The position numbers were made by a program, and so were the translations under genes. A model generated the notes under the pieces. The model was not told where the DNA came from and searched no databases. It saw nothing but the letters and a program-made list of their open reading frames with translations. 38,221 nt of DNA, from positions 62,001-100,221 of the forward strand of contig NZ_MWQY01000016.1 in the NCBI RefSeq assembly GCF_002087085.1, read 5' to 3'. This document shows positions 9,426-19,162 of the stretch, in pieces. How positions within the stretch are numbered: position 1 is the first letter of the stretch; every line of letters starts with the position of its first letter.

Positions 9426-9447
9426 TATTTTAACCGTGCATGTGTGC

Positions 9448-9476
9448 TTGCACTACATTCTCTGCTGCGCTATGAT
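9448..9476 (+). promoter_or_regulatory. putative sigma70 promoter of the V/A-ATPase operon
   Basis: TTGCAC-N17-TATGAT, 55 nt upstream of the first gene. Confidence 0.6.
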
Positions 9477-9531
9477 GATTCTGCCGACAGACCAGTCGCG
9501 TACAGAGAAAGTGATGTGAGTACGGAAAACA

Positions 9532-9864
9532 GTGAATGAGATAATCAGAAAAGTCGAAGAGACCGAAAAGACCGCCCAGAAACTCATAGAGACCGCCCGA
9601 GAGGAAGCTGGAAAGCTCCGGAAGCAGAGCGAACAGGAATCATCAGAGCGTCTTGCCGATGCCCGGGCCGAGGCTAAAAAGATCATCCAGACCGCCCTTT
9701 CCGAGGCCCGTTCAGAGGCGAAGGCTTACCGGGAAAAAACCCTGGACGAAGCACGCGGCAATGCAGAGACCCGTGAACAGAGGCTCCGTGAAGGCTCCGA
9801 GGTCCTTCTGGAAAAACTCGTATCCAGGGTTCTGCCTTTCAAGGGGACCACAGGTCGTCTATGA
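9532..9864 (+). CDS. V/A-type ATPase peripheral stalk subunit G/H
   Basis: 110-aa charged Ala/Glu/Lys coiled coil; first gene of the operon; GTG start. Confidence 0.75.
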   Translation: MNEIIRKVEETEKTAQKLIETAREEAGKLRKQSEQESSERLADARAEAKKIIQTALSEARSEAKAYREKTLDEARGNAETREQRLREGSEVLLEKLVSRVLPFKGTTGRL

Positions 9865-10922
9865 GCCGGGGCAGACTCGACCGTTACGCCTTTATCAACG
9901 CCAAGCTCAAAACCCGTTTGAGCCTGGTTCTGCCGGATGAGTTTTTTATCCGTTTGAGCCGTACTGCCACCCCCAACGAGGCGGTACAGCTTCTGAAGGA
10001 GACTCCCTTCGCCCCCCTCGAGCGTATCTATGCTGAAACCGGAGACCTCAAGCTCGTTGAACTGGAGCTGTTTTCCATGGAACTTCATTTTTACCGGGAG
10101 ATCCAGAAAATGGTTGACGGTGAGCTGCTTGTCTTTGTCAATGCCCTGCTGCTTCGTCCCGAAATAGAGAATCTCAAGGAAGCCCTGCGGCTCTGGCTGG
10201 ACCGTACTGTTCGCCGAAGGGACATCAGTTCTCCCCTGGGCTATATGTATCAGGGAACCATTTACCATGGAATGGATATCAACCAGATTGTCAACTCCGC
10301 TGACCTCGAGGCTCTTCAGGTTGCCCTGGAAGGCACTCCCTATGCGTCCCTGGTTTCTGCCAACGCCGAGGAAATCATCAGTTCCCGTTCCCTCTTTTCT
10401 CTGGAGACGGACCTCGACCGCTTCTATTATTCCCGCGTAAGGGAGGCCTCTGCCGGGTTGGGGGATGAGGACCGGGCTGTGGTGGCACGGATCCTGGGAA
10501 TGGAAATTGATCTTGAAAATCTGGAGCGGATTGTCCGTTTCCGCAGCTTTTACGGCTTCGAAGCAGACCGGATCAGAGGCTGCCTGATTTCCGGGGGATA
10601 CCGCATCGATCCTGAAGCGGCTTTGTCCTCCCTCGGCACCCAGGATTCCCGGGACCTGCCACCTGAAGCTCTGCAGGGATATCCGGAATTGTCCTCCTTC
10701 AGTTCCTCCGGGGATGCGTCGTCACGGCTGCTCCTGCTGGAAGAGTACCTGCGCCAGGTCCTTTTCAAGGAAGTAAGCAGGCTCCTGGGGGGAGACCCTT
10801 TTTCCGTGGGTATAATTCTTGCCTACTTCAGTATTCGAAGCCGTGAGGTCCGGCGCCTTTCTACAATTCTGAACGCGAAATACTACGGCCTTGGAGAAGA
10901 GACAATCGGGAGGTATCTCTGA
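9861..10922 (+). CDS. atpC: V/A-type ATPase subunit C (d)
   Basis: YAFINAKLK start, ETDLDRFYY, GMEIDLENL and C-terminal REVRRLSTILNAK; ATGA overlap with the previous gene. Confidence 0.88.
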   Translation: MSRGRLDRYAFINAKLKTRLSLVLPDEFFIRLSRTATPNEAVQLLKETPFAPLERIYAETGDLKLVELELFSMELHFYREIQKMVDGELLVFVNALLLRPEIENLKEALRLWLDRTVRRRDISSPLGYMYQGTIYHGMDINQIVNSADLEALQVALEGTPYASLVSANAEEIISSRSLFSLETDLDRFYYSRVREASAGLGDEDRAVVARILGMEIDLENLERIVRFRSFYGFEADRIRGCLISGGYRIDPEAALSSLGTQDSRDLPPEALQGYPELSSFSSSGDASSRLLLLEEYLRQVLFKEVSRLLGGDPFSVGIILAYFSIRSREVRRLSTILNAKYYGLGEETIGRYL

Positions 10923-12979
10923 TGTTTACCTCAACCATGCGGCATCTTACCGCTGTAGTGCTGCGCAGGGATTCCGAGGCGGTTTCCAGAGAACTCCTGA
11001 AGGTCGGTCTTCTTGATTTTGTCCGGATAGAGGAGTTCCTCCCTGAAGGAGCTTCGTCGTTTGAGAGGGGCTCCGAGGCTGAAAAGGGCGGAGAAAAATC
11101 CGCCTCCCGACTCAGGGACGACCGGCTCAGGATCGAGAATCTGACCTCCTCAATGCCGGGTTTCTCCCTGAAAACAGCCCCCTTGAGCCTTGAGACGGTA
11201 CCGGATCTCGATATTGATGAAATTGAAAACGGTCTTAACCATCTTGCCGCAGGCCTGCAGGAGATCAGGAACCGTCAGCGGGAACTGAACCAGGAGCTGA
11301 TGAAGCTGGATGACCTCTGGCATCATTTCGAGCTGCCCGGGGAAGGGCCTGATCCCGGGGGTATAGAAAAGCTTGCCCGGCGGGAGGATTCCTTCATATC
11401 CGTCAGGACCGGCAGCATCGTACCGGGCTTTCGGGTGCAGGCCCGGGAGCGTATCCACCGCTTTCCCTCGGTTCTGATGGACCTGCCGGAAAGGGAGGGG
11501 CGTCTTCCCCTGATGGTCATCTCTCTGCGAAGGGACTCCCGGGAGATCCTTTCGATCCTCGAAGAGTACGGCTGGCGGGAGGAAAAGCTTCCGGAGGCCG
11601 GCGGGCAGAAGCATCACGTTGAAGCCCTCAAGGAGCTTGAGTCCCGGAAGGAGGCGCTCCGTAAGCAGCAGCAGGCTGCGGCTGAAGAGTATAAAGGTAT
11701 GCTGGAGGATAAGCGTTCCCGTCTGCAGGAACAGTGGGTAAGCCTGGCGGTACACGAAAAGCTTATTCAGATCAGGTCGAACTTTTCCCATACAGAACGA
11801 ACCGTCCTTTTTACCGGCTGGGTCCCGGCTGACAAAACCTCATCCCTGGAAGCGGTGATACGGAAAGCGTCGAACTCCCGCTGCTGGATCGAATGGCACG
11901 AGGCCGGTGAGGTCCGGACTTCCACGGGAGGAAAGGTCCCGGCACCTGTGGAGCTTCATAATCCCGGTTTCCTGAAACCCTTCGAGATGCTGGTGGAGAA
12001 TTATGCCATCCCCGAGTACGGTTCGGTGGACCCCACTCCCTTTGTGGCCGTGGCTTTTCTGAGCATGTTCGGTCTGATGTTCGCCGATGCGGGGCAGGGC
12101 CTTGTCCTGATATTGATCGGACTCCTGGGGCCCCGTCTGATTCCGGGAATTGCCGGTAAGATGCGCCGGCTCTTTACCCTCATTGCCTATTGCGGTGCTG
12201 CGGCGGTTGTTTCGGGTACCCTTTTCGGTTCCTGGTTCGGCCGTCCCTGGCTGCCGCCTCTCTGGTTCAATTATCATGCCCTGGTCTCTGGTCATTCCAG
12301 CGGAAACCCTGCCGTACGGTCGGTCTACGATATTCTCTTCATTACCATTGTTTTCGGCATAGCGGTACTGGCCACGGGGCTCCTTTTGAACTGGATCAAT
12401 CTGTTCAAAAAGCGGGACTGGTTCTCCCTGACCTTTGAAAAGGGAGGAATCCTCGGGGCCTGGATCTACGCATGGGGTATATACGCCGCCTTCTTCTTTG
12501 CCGGCAGCGGCTACAGGGAGCTTCCGTCGGATGCGGTACTGCTGGCAGGTTTTGGCATACCGGCGCTGCTTCTTTTCTTCAAGCACCCGATCCACCGGCT
12601 GCGCCACAGGACAAAGGGGGCCGGCCTGGGGTTTACCGCGATCATGACCTTTCTGATGGAGTGGATTGTGGAACTGCTGGAGATTTTTTCCGGTTACCTG
12701 GCCAACACCCTCTCCTTCATGCGGGTTGCGGGCCTCGGTATCGCCCACGTCAGCCTTATGACAGCCTTTGACCAGATTGCCTCAATGGCCTCCCCGTCGG
12801 GCTCATTCTCTTTCTGGTCCCTGCTGATCCTGCTGACGGGCAATATTCTGGTAATCACCCTGGAAGGCCTCTCTGCGGGTATTCAATCCCTGAGGCTGAA
12901 CTATTACGAGTTTTTCTCTAAATATTTTACCGGTTCGGGAAGGGCCTATGCCCCGATCTCCCTCCGGAGCAGCATGTAA
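10922..12979 (+). CDS. atpI: V/A-type ATPase subunit I (a)
   Basis: PFEMLV..YAIPEYGSVDPTP, FGLMFADAGQG, NTLSFMRVA (essential Arg) and IQSLRLNYYEFFSKYF. Confidence 0.95.
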   Translation: MFTSTMRHLTAVVLRRDSEAVSRELLKVGLLDFVRIEEFLPEGASSFERGSEAEKGGEKSASRLRDDRLRIENLTSSMPGFSLKTAPLSLETVPDLDIDEIENGLNHLAAGLQEIRNRQRELNQELMKLDDLWHHFELPGEGPDPGGIEKLARREDSFISVRTGSIVPGFRVQARERIHRFPSVLMDLPEREGRLPLMVISLRRDSREILSILEEYGWREEKLPEAGGQKHHVEALKELESRKEALRKQQQAAAEEYKGMLEDKRSRLQEQWVSLAVHEKLIQIRSNFSHTERTVLFTGWVPADKTSSLEAVIRKASNSRCWIEWHEAGEVRTSTGGKVPAPVELHNPGFLKPFEMLVENYAIPEYGSVDPTPFVAVAFLSMFGLMFADAGQGLVLILIGLLGPRLIPGIAGKMRRLFTLIAYCGAAAVVSGTLFGSWFGRPWLPPLWFNYHALVSGHSSGNPAVRSVYDILFITIVFGIAVLATGLLLNWINLFKKRDWFSLTFEKGGILGAWIYAWGIYAAFFFAGSGYRELPSDAVLLAGFGIPALLLFFKHPIHRLRHRTKGAGLGFTAIMTFLMEWIVELLEIFSGYLANTLSFMRVAGLGIAHVSLMTAFDQIASMASPSGSFSFWSLLILLTGNILVITLEGLSAGIQSLRLNYYEFFSKYFTGSGRAYAPISLRSSM

Positions 12980-12993
12980 GCAAGGAGCATACA

Positions 12994-13362
12994 ATGGATG
13001 TACGAAAGAAATTCAGACAACAGGTTTCAATGCGGCTGATGATAATGGTCATCGTTATGGCAATTATCAGTCTGGTATCCGTGACAGGGCTTTTTGCCGA
13101 TACCGATCAGGCGGCATCAGCAGAAGCTGCAGCGGCGGTTGACCCGGGGGTCCAGCAGTTCGGACTCATAGCCGCGGCCCTGGCCTTCGGTCTCGGGGCC
13201 ATAGGTGCGGGGATCGCTATAAGCCATGTCGGTGCGGCAGCCATGGGCGCCATTGGGGAGAAGCCTGAGATTGCAGGCCAGGCCCTGATCTTCATCGCCC
13301 TGGCCGAGGGACTCGTGGTCTTCGGGTTTATTACCGCCCTGATGATTCTGGGAAAGATTTAA
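12994..13362 (+). CDS. atpK: V/A-type ATPase proteolipid subunit K (c), single hairpin with N-terminal extension
   Basis: GLGAIGAGIA helix, EKPE loop and ALAEG carboxylate. Confidence 0.93.
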   Translation: MDVRKKFRQQVSMRLMIMVIVMAIISLVSVTGLFADTDQAASAEAAAAVDPGVQQFGLIAAALAFGLGAIGAGIAISHVGAAAMGAIGEKPEIAGQALIFIALAEGLVVFGFITALMILGKI

Positions 13363-13377
13363 GGGAAATCAGGGGGA

Positions 13378-13686
13378 ATGAATTATTTCCTGATCGGTGA
13401 TGAGGATGCGGTCCTCGGTTTTGCCATGGTCGGTGTTCCCGGAAGGGTAGCCGGGACAGCTGCAGAGGCAGAGTCGGCTTTTAACGAAGCTATCTCCTCC
13501 GGAGAGACCGGTATAATCATCATCACCGAGGATGCCGCGGATCTGATCCGCACCCGGATAGACCGGTATATCTTCAGCGAGCATTTCCCCCTGATTGTGG
13601 AGATCCCCGGCCGCAGGGGAAGGGACCCGGAACGTCCTGCTCTGCGGGAGATGGTGAACAAAGCCATCGGCATCAATCTTTCCTGA
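13378..13686 (+). CDS. atpF: V/A-type ATPase subunit F
   Basis: LIGDEDAVLGF, GIIIITE, PLIVEIP and VNKAIGI. Confidence 0.93.
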   Translation: MNYFLIGDEDAVLGFAMVGVPGRVAGTAAEAESAFNEAISSGETGIIIITEDAADLIRTRIDRYIFSEHFPLIVEIPGRRGRDPERPALREMVNKAIGINLS

Positions 13687-13707
13687 AAACAGGTCAAGGA
13701 TGTCATC

Positions 13708-14358
13708 ATGAGAGACAACAGTGCAGATACCGGACTCCCCATTCTGGATGGAATCCTCGGTGAGGCCGGAGCAGAGGCGGAACGTATCCGATCAGAAGCC
13801 GAACAGAAGGCCGAAGAACTGAAGCAGTCCACGGAAAACCAGTGCCGCAGGATACTCGAGGAGGCCCGACAGCGGGCGGAGACTCAGCGCCGCTCGGTGC
13901 TGAAAGCCGGAGAGACAGCCGTGGCGGCGGAACTTCGGCGCATCGAACTGAGAGCCCGGGAAAGGCTCAACGAAGAGCTCCTTGAACAGCTCAGGAAGCG
14001 GCTGCTGCAGCTTGAGCAGAGCCCCGGGTATCGGGATATCTGCAGGGAACTGATCGCCGAGGCCGCCGAAGGAATCGGAACCGCTAAGGTTCTGGTGTGT
14101 GTTCCCTCCTCCGGGAAGGGACGCATCGACCGGGAACTTCTCGCGGAAGCACAGGAGCTTCTTTCCCGGCGGGGTCTGAAGACCGCTCTTGAACTGCAGG
14201 AGGACGACACTGCGACAGGTCCCGGCATTGTGTGCAGGGACCCTTCGGGCAGAATGGTTTTTGACAACCGCTTCGAAGCGAGAATGCGGCGGCAGCGCCG
14301 GGAGCTTGTACGGATAATCGCCGGGGAGATCGAAGGGCAAGATGGAAAGGCATCATGA
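13708..14358 (+). CDS. atpE: V/A-type ATPase subunit E
   Basis: N-terminal coiled coil; C-terminal GIV...GRMVFDNRFEAR. Confidence 0.88.
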   Translation: MRDNSADTGLPILDGILGEAGAEAERIRSEAEQKAEELKQSTENQCRRILEEARQRAETQRRSVLKAGETAVAAELRRIELRARERLNEELLEQLRKRLLQLEQSPGYRDICRELIAEAAEGIGTAKVLVCVPSSGKGRIDRELLAEAQELLSRRGLKTALELQEDDTATGPGIVCRDPSGRMVFDNRFEARMRRQRRELVRIIAGEIEGQDGKAS

Positions 14359-16136
14359 GTAAAAAAGAAGCGGACAGGATTATTGGCAGGGTACGGCGGG
14401 TCAACGGGCCGGTTGTGGAGGCCGAAGGAATTACCGACGCCGGGATGCTCGAGATGGTCGAGGTCGGGGAAGTCCGGATTGTCGGGGAGGTTACCAAGCT
14501 CTCGGGCTCCAGGGGCATTATCCAGGTCTACGAGGATACCACCGGCATACGTCCGGGAGAGAATATCTACGGTTCAGGCATGCCCCTGAGCGTGGAACTC
14601 GGTCCCGGACTGCTGGGGACTATTTATGACGGTATTCAACGACCCCTGGAGGAGATCTATAAAATTTCCCGGGAGTACATCAGCCGGGGGATAAGCGTAC
14701 CCTCCCTGAACCGGGATCGCAGCTGGTCCTATACCCCTCTTTTAAAAGAGGGGGAAGCCCTCACGGAAGGAAGGATAATCGGCACCGTTCAGGAGACCGA
14801 ACAGGTACTGCACCGTATTCCCGCTCCACCGGACTGCAGCGGACGGATCGTCTGGGCCGCCGGGGCGGGGGAGTACCGGGTCGAGGATGTAATCCTCAAG
14901 GTGGAAACCGCTTCCGGCCTGCGGGAGCTCAGCATGGTGCAGCGCTGGCCGATCCGGAAAGCCCGGCCATCAGGCGGAAGGCTGCCCCTGGCGACTCCCC
15001 TCATAACAGGCCAGCGGGTCATCGATACCCTTTTTCCCCTGGCCAAGGGAGGCACCGTCTCGATTCCCGGCGGTTTCGGTACCGGGAAGACCATGACCCA
15101 GCACGCCATTGCCAAGTGGTGCGATGCGGATATCATCGTCTACATCGGCTGCGGGGAACGGGGCAACGAGATGACCGATGTTCTGACGGAGTTCCCCCGT
15201 CTTGTAGATCCCCGGAGCGGTCTGAGTCTCATGAACCGCACCATCCTGATAGCAAACACCTCGAACATGCCCGTCTCCGCCCGGGAGGCCAGCATCTACA
15301 CCGGGGTGACCCTGGCGGAATACTACCGCGACCAGGGCTATCATGTCGCCATAATGGCCGACTCCACCTCCCGCTGGGCCGAGGCACTGCGGGAGCTCTC
15401 GGGACGTATGGAGGAGATGCCCGCCGAGGAGGGCTTTCCCGCCTACCTCCCGACCCGCATTGCCGAGTTCTACGAACGGGCGGGCTATATGGAGACCCTG
15501 GGACACGAAGAAGGCTCGGTCACCATTATAGGGGCAGTCTCGCCCCCGGGGGGTGATTTCTCCGAGCCCGTCACCCAGCATACCCGGCGCTTTGTGCGCT
15601 GTTTCTGGGGGCTCGACCGGCAGCTGGCCAATGCACGCCACTATCCGGCCATCTCCTGGCTCGACAGCTACAGCGAATACCTGAACGATGTACTCCCCTG
15701 GTGGGAGGAACGGGTGGGAAGCGCCTGGAAGGAAGACCGCCGGGAGATGCTCGACCTCCTGCAGCGGGAGGTGCGCCTGCAGCAGGTGGTCAAGCTGGTG
15801 GGCCCCGACGCCCTGCCGGACAGCCAGCGCTTTGTTATCGAGGTCTGCAGTGTTTTCAAAAACGCCTTTCTGCAGCAGAACGCCTTTGACGACATCGACC
15901 GTTTTTCCACCGTGGAGAAGCAGCAGCGTATGCTTGAGCTGATTCTCCTCTACTGGCGTCGGGGAAACGAGGCAATCCGGCGGGGTGTAACCCTGGTAAA
16001 ACTGCGGCGCATGAAGGTGCTTCAGGAGATTATCAAGATGAAATTCACCGTCGCCAACGAAGACGTGGAAAGCATAGACAGACTGGCAGCCAGGCTGGAA
16101 CGGTCCATCGACAAACTGGAGGCGATCTATGTCTGA
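14355..16136 (+). CDS. atpA: V/A-type ATPase catalytic subunit A
   Basis: Walker [30 protein letters not shown] and [12 protein letters not shown]. Confidence 0.98.
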   Translation: MSKKEADRIIGRVRRVNGPVVEAEGITDAGMLEMVEVGEVRIVGEVTKLSGSRGIIQVYEDTTGIRPGENIYGSGMPLSVELGPGLLGTIYDGIQRPLEEIYKISREYISRGISVPSLNRDRSWSYTPLLKEGEALTEGRIIGTVQETEQVLHRIPAPPDCSGRIVWAAGAGEYRVEDVILKVETASGLRELSMVQRWPIRKARPSGGRLPLATPLITGQRVIDTLFPLAKGGTVSIPGGFGTGKTMTQHAIAKWCDADIIVYIGCGERGNEMTDVLTEFPRLVDPRSGLSLMNRTILIANTSNMPVSAREASIYTGVTLAEYYRDQGYHVAIMADSTSRWAEALRELSGRMEEMPAEEGFPAYLPTRIAEFYERAGYMETLGHEEGSVTIIGAVSPPGGDFSEPVTQHTRRFVRCFWGLDRQLANARHYPAISWLDSYSEYLNDVLPWWEERVGSAWKEDRREMLDLLQREVRLQQVVKLVGPDALPDSQRFVIEVCSVFKNAFLQQNAFDDIDRFSTVEKQQRMLELILLYWRRGNEAIRRGVTLVKLRRMKVLQEIIKMKFTVANEDVESIDRLAARLERSIDKLEAIYV

Positions 16137-17544
16137 ATCGGATACTGTACAACTGAGTTCCGGCCGGGAGTATGTGGGAATCGACGAAATCGACGGGCCG
16201 CTGATTTTTATACGCAAAACCCATCCGGTGGGGTACCGCGAACTGGTGGAGTGTACCGACTCTTCCGGGGCTGTGCGTCTCGGAATGGTGCTGGATACCT
16301 CGGAGGATGTGGTGGTGGTCCAGGTTTTTTCCGGTACCGCCTCCATGACCCTTCCTTCGACCAGGGTACGCTTTCTGGGGGAGCCCCACCGGCTGGATGT
16401 AAGCCGGTCCATGCTGGGCCGCGTTTTCAACGGGCTGGGAGAACCGGCCGATGGCGGTCCCGCCCCCGTGGGGGATGCCCGGGAGGATGTAAACGGCCGC
16501 CCCATCAACCCCACTGCCAGGGAGTATCCCCGGGACTTTATCCAGACCGGAATCTCCGCCATCGACGGCATGAATACCCTGATCCGGGGACAGAAACTCC
16601 CAATCTTCTCCGGAAGCGGTCTGCCCCACAACGAGCTCGCCGCCCAGATCGCCCGGCAGGCGAAGATACAGGGAGGAAAAAGCGATTTTGCAGTGGTCTT
16701 CGCCGCAATGGGGGTCAAGCACGACGTGGCCCGTTATTTTATCTCCTCCTTCGAGGAGTCCGGCTCCCTGGAGAACGTGGCCCTCTTTCTCTCCCTGGCG
16801 GATGATCCCTCCATCGAGCGGCTCATAACCCCCAGAAGCGCCCTGACCCTGGCGGAGCATCTGGCCTTCCGGGAGGATATGCACGTGCTGGTCATCATGA
16901 CCGACATGTCCAACTACTGCGAATCCTTGAGGGAGATTTCCACCCTGCGGGGGGAGATTCCCTCCCGTAAAGGCTACCCCGGGTATCTCTATTCCGATCT
17001 CGCGGAGATTTACGAACGCTCGGGAATGCTGAAGGGCTTCAAGGGCTCCATTACCCAGTTGCCGATTCTGACCATGCCCAACGATGATATCTCCCATCCG
17101 ATCCCGGACCTGTCAGGGTATATTACCGAGGGGCAGATTGTCTTTGAACGGGAGATGCACGGCCGGGGAATATATCCGCCTGTTGCAGGGCTCCCCTCCC
17201 TGTCGCGGCTCATGAAGGACGGAATCGGGGAGGGCATGACCCGGGCGGATCATCCTCATCTGGCGAGCCAGCTCTTCGCGGCTTACAGTTACGTCAAGGA
17301 TGTGCGCAACCTGGCCTCGGTTATCGGAGAAGAGGAACTCACCCCCCTGGACCGCCAGTACATGGAGTTCGGCGAAGCCTTCGAAAAGCACTTCGTTACC
17401 CAGGGATCAGACGAGGATCGGCCCATCGAGCATACCCTGGATCTGGGTTGGGAGGTCTTGAGCAAACTGCCGGCGGAAGAGCTTCACCGGGTTACCGAGG
17501 AAGAGATCGACGAATACTACGGCAGGACGGCGGAGAAACGCTAG
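16129..17544 (+). CDS. atpB: V/A-type ATPase subunit B
   Basis: [33 protein letters not shown] and [15 protein letters not shown]. Confidence 0.98.
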   Translation: MSESDTVQLSSGREYVGIDEIDGPLIFIRKTHPVGYRELVECTDSSGAVRLGMVLDTSEDVVVVQVFSGTASMTLPSTRVRFLGEPHRLDVSRSMLGRVFNGLGEPADGGPAPVGDAREDVNGRPINPTAREYPRDFIQTGISAIDGMNTLIRGQKLPIFSGSGLPHNELAAQIARQAKIQGGKSDFAVVFAAMGVKHDVARYFISSFEESGSLENVALFLSLADDPSIERLITPRSALTLAEHLAFREDMHVLVIMTDMSNYCESLREISTLRGEIPSRKGYPGYLYSDLAEIYERSGMLKGFKGSITQLPILTMPNDDISHPIPDLSGYITEGQIVFEREMHGRGIYPPVAGLPSLSRLMKDGIGEGMTRADHPHLASQLFAAYSYVKDVRNLASVIGEEELTPLDRQYMEFGEAFEKHFVTQGSDEDRPIEHTLDLGWEVLSKLPAEELHRVTEEEIDEYYGRTAEKR

Positions 17545-17546
17545 GT

Positions 17547-18176
17547 ATGGCCGGCGGCGGTATTGCTCCAACCAAGACCAATCTCCTTAAACTGAAGAAT
17601 GAGCTTGAGTTCGCCCGGCTCGGCTATGACCTGCTGGATCAGAAGAGGAATATCCTGATCAACGAGCTTCTGAACCTGATAGACCAGACCGTTGATTATC
17701 AGGAGAAGGTGGACACCGCCCTGGCTGAGGCCTATTCGAGCTACCAGTCCGCGGCCCTTGCCATGGGAAAGCGCAGGACCGTCTCCATCGCCAGTGCCGT
17801 CAATATCAGCTCTTCCATAAAGATCAGCGAACGTCGCATCATGGGGGTCTCTCTTCCCCAGGTGGAGACCTCCTATCAGGAGCATCCGCCCTATTTTTCT
17901 CCCCTGGATACCAGCTTCTGGATCGATATCAGCATCTCCCGCTTCAAGACAGCCCTGGAACTCATGGGACGTCTGGCGGAACTGAAAATTTCCATCATGC
18001 GCCTGGCCAACGAGGTCAAGAAGACCATCCGGAAGGTCAACGCCCTGGAAAAGATCGCGATTCCCGACCTCCAGGAGACGGTGCGTTTTATCAGCAGCCG
18101 CCTGGAGGAGAATGAACGGGACATGATCATCCTGATGAAGATGGTTAAAAACCGTCTTGAAAAGAAAAAAAGGTAG
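17547..18176 (+). CDS. atpD: V/A-type ATPase subunit D
   Basis: PTKTNLL...GYDLLDQKR and TIRKVNALEKIAIP; start at ATG 17547, right after the subunit B stop. Confidence 0.95.
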   Translation: MAGGGIAPTKTNLLKLKNELEFARLGYDLLDQKRNILINELLNLIDQTVDYQEKVDTALAEAYSSYQSAALAMGKRRTVSIASAVNISSSIKISERRIMGVSLPQVETSYQEHPPYFSPLDTSFWIDISISRFKTALELMGRLAELKISIMRLANEVKKTIRKVNALEKIAIPDLQETVRFISSRLEENERDMIILMKMVKNRLEKKKR

Positions 18177-18186
18177 GTACACCAGC

Positions 18187-18672
18187 ATGTCCGATGTAAT
18201 ATCACGAATTCTTGTCTATATTGACGGTACCGAAGAGTCCGTTACCGCCGCCGAGTATGCCGTATGCCTGGCAAAAAGCAGCAGTGCCACCCTGCATGCC
18301 CTTTACGTGGTAAATACCAGGGCCCTGCAGGATCTGCTTCGGGCCAGGATTTTTATCGAGTCGGAGGAGCAGGAATACGCCAGGGATCTGGAGGCTGATG
18401 CCGAGCGATATCTGAATCATGCGGCTGAACTCGCCTCTGCCAAGAATGTTCCTCTGGCCAGGCGCAAGGTGGAAGGATCGGTTCTGACGGAAATTAAAAA
18501 GGCCGTGCGGGAACTGGAAATCGATACCCTGGTCATCGGTGCCCTGTCCCGGGTTCAGAGCCGTCGGGATGAGATCTACAATGAGGTGGAAAGGGCGGTC
18601 CGAAGTGTGGACTGTACCGTTATAATAGCGAAGGACGAGGAGCGTATCTGGTCGCTCTATGAAGAACTCTAG
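18187..18672 (+). CDS. universal stress protein (UspA family)
   Basis: RILVYIDGTEES, LHALYVV, DTLVIG and VDCTVIIAK; start at ATG 18187. Confidence 0.88.
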   Translation: MSDVISRILVYIDGTEESVTAAEYAVCLAKSSSATLHALYVVNTRALQDLLRARIFIESEEQEYARDLEADAERYLNHAAELASAKNVPLARRKVEGSVLTEIKKAVRELEIDTLVIGALSRVQSRRDEIYNEVERAVRSVDCTVIIAKDEERIWSLYEEL

Positions 18673-18695
18673 GTTAAGATAAGGAAGGTTGAACC

Positions 18696-19142
18696 ATGGC
18701 CATTGCCGATATGCTGTATCCCGACAATGTAAAAGCCCCGCTTGAAAAGACGGAAAAAAACGATATTATCCTGGAGCTTCTGACCCTTCTGTATGATTCC
18801 GGGCGAATCAGCGACCTCGATAAAGCCTTTAGAGCGATTCGACAGAGGGAAGACCAGGGGAGTACCGGCCTGGGAGAGGGAATCGCCGTTCCTCATGCCA
18901 AGACCGACCTGGTCTCATCTTTGACCCTTGCCCTGGGAGTAGCCCCCCAGGGGGTCGATTTTGACTCTCTGGACGGCAAACCGACCAGGGTCTTCTTTTT
19001 GCTGCTGGCTCCCCCCGACCAGTCGGGTCCCCATGTCGAGGCCCTGTCGGAGGTCGCCAAGATTTCCCGCTCCGCCTCCTTCATGAGGCTGCTGAGCTCT
19101 GCCCGTTCCTCCGAAGAGGTTCTTGACCTTTTCAGGGATTAA
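18696..19142 (+). CDS. stand-alone PTS EIIA (fructose/mannitol/Ntr-type) protein
   Basis: REDQGSTGLGEGIAVPHAK with the phospho-His; GVDFDSLDGKP; HVEALSEVA. Confidence 0.93.
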   Translation: MAIADMLYPDNVKAPLEKTEKNDIILELLTLLYDSGRISDLDKAFRAIRQREDQGSTGLGEGIAVPHAKTDLVSSLTLALGVAPQGVDFDSLDGKPTRVFFLLLAPPDQSGPHVEALSEVAKISRSASFMRLLSSARSSEEVLDLFRD

Positions 19143-19162
19143 CAGGCTGTACAGCAGAAGAG

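Noticed and set aside
14970..17097. Long antisense ORFs (582 aa and 350 aa) opposite atpA/atpB
   Set aside because: Shadow frames caused by GC-rich codon bias; no motifs
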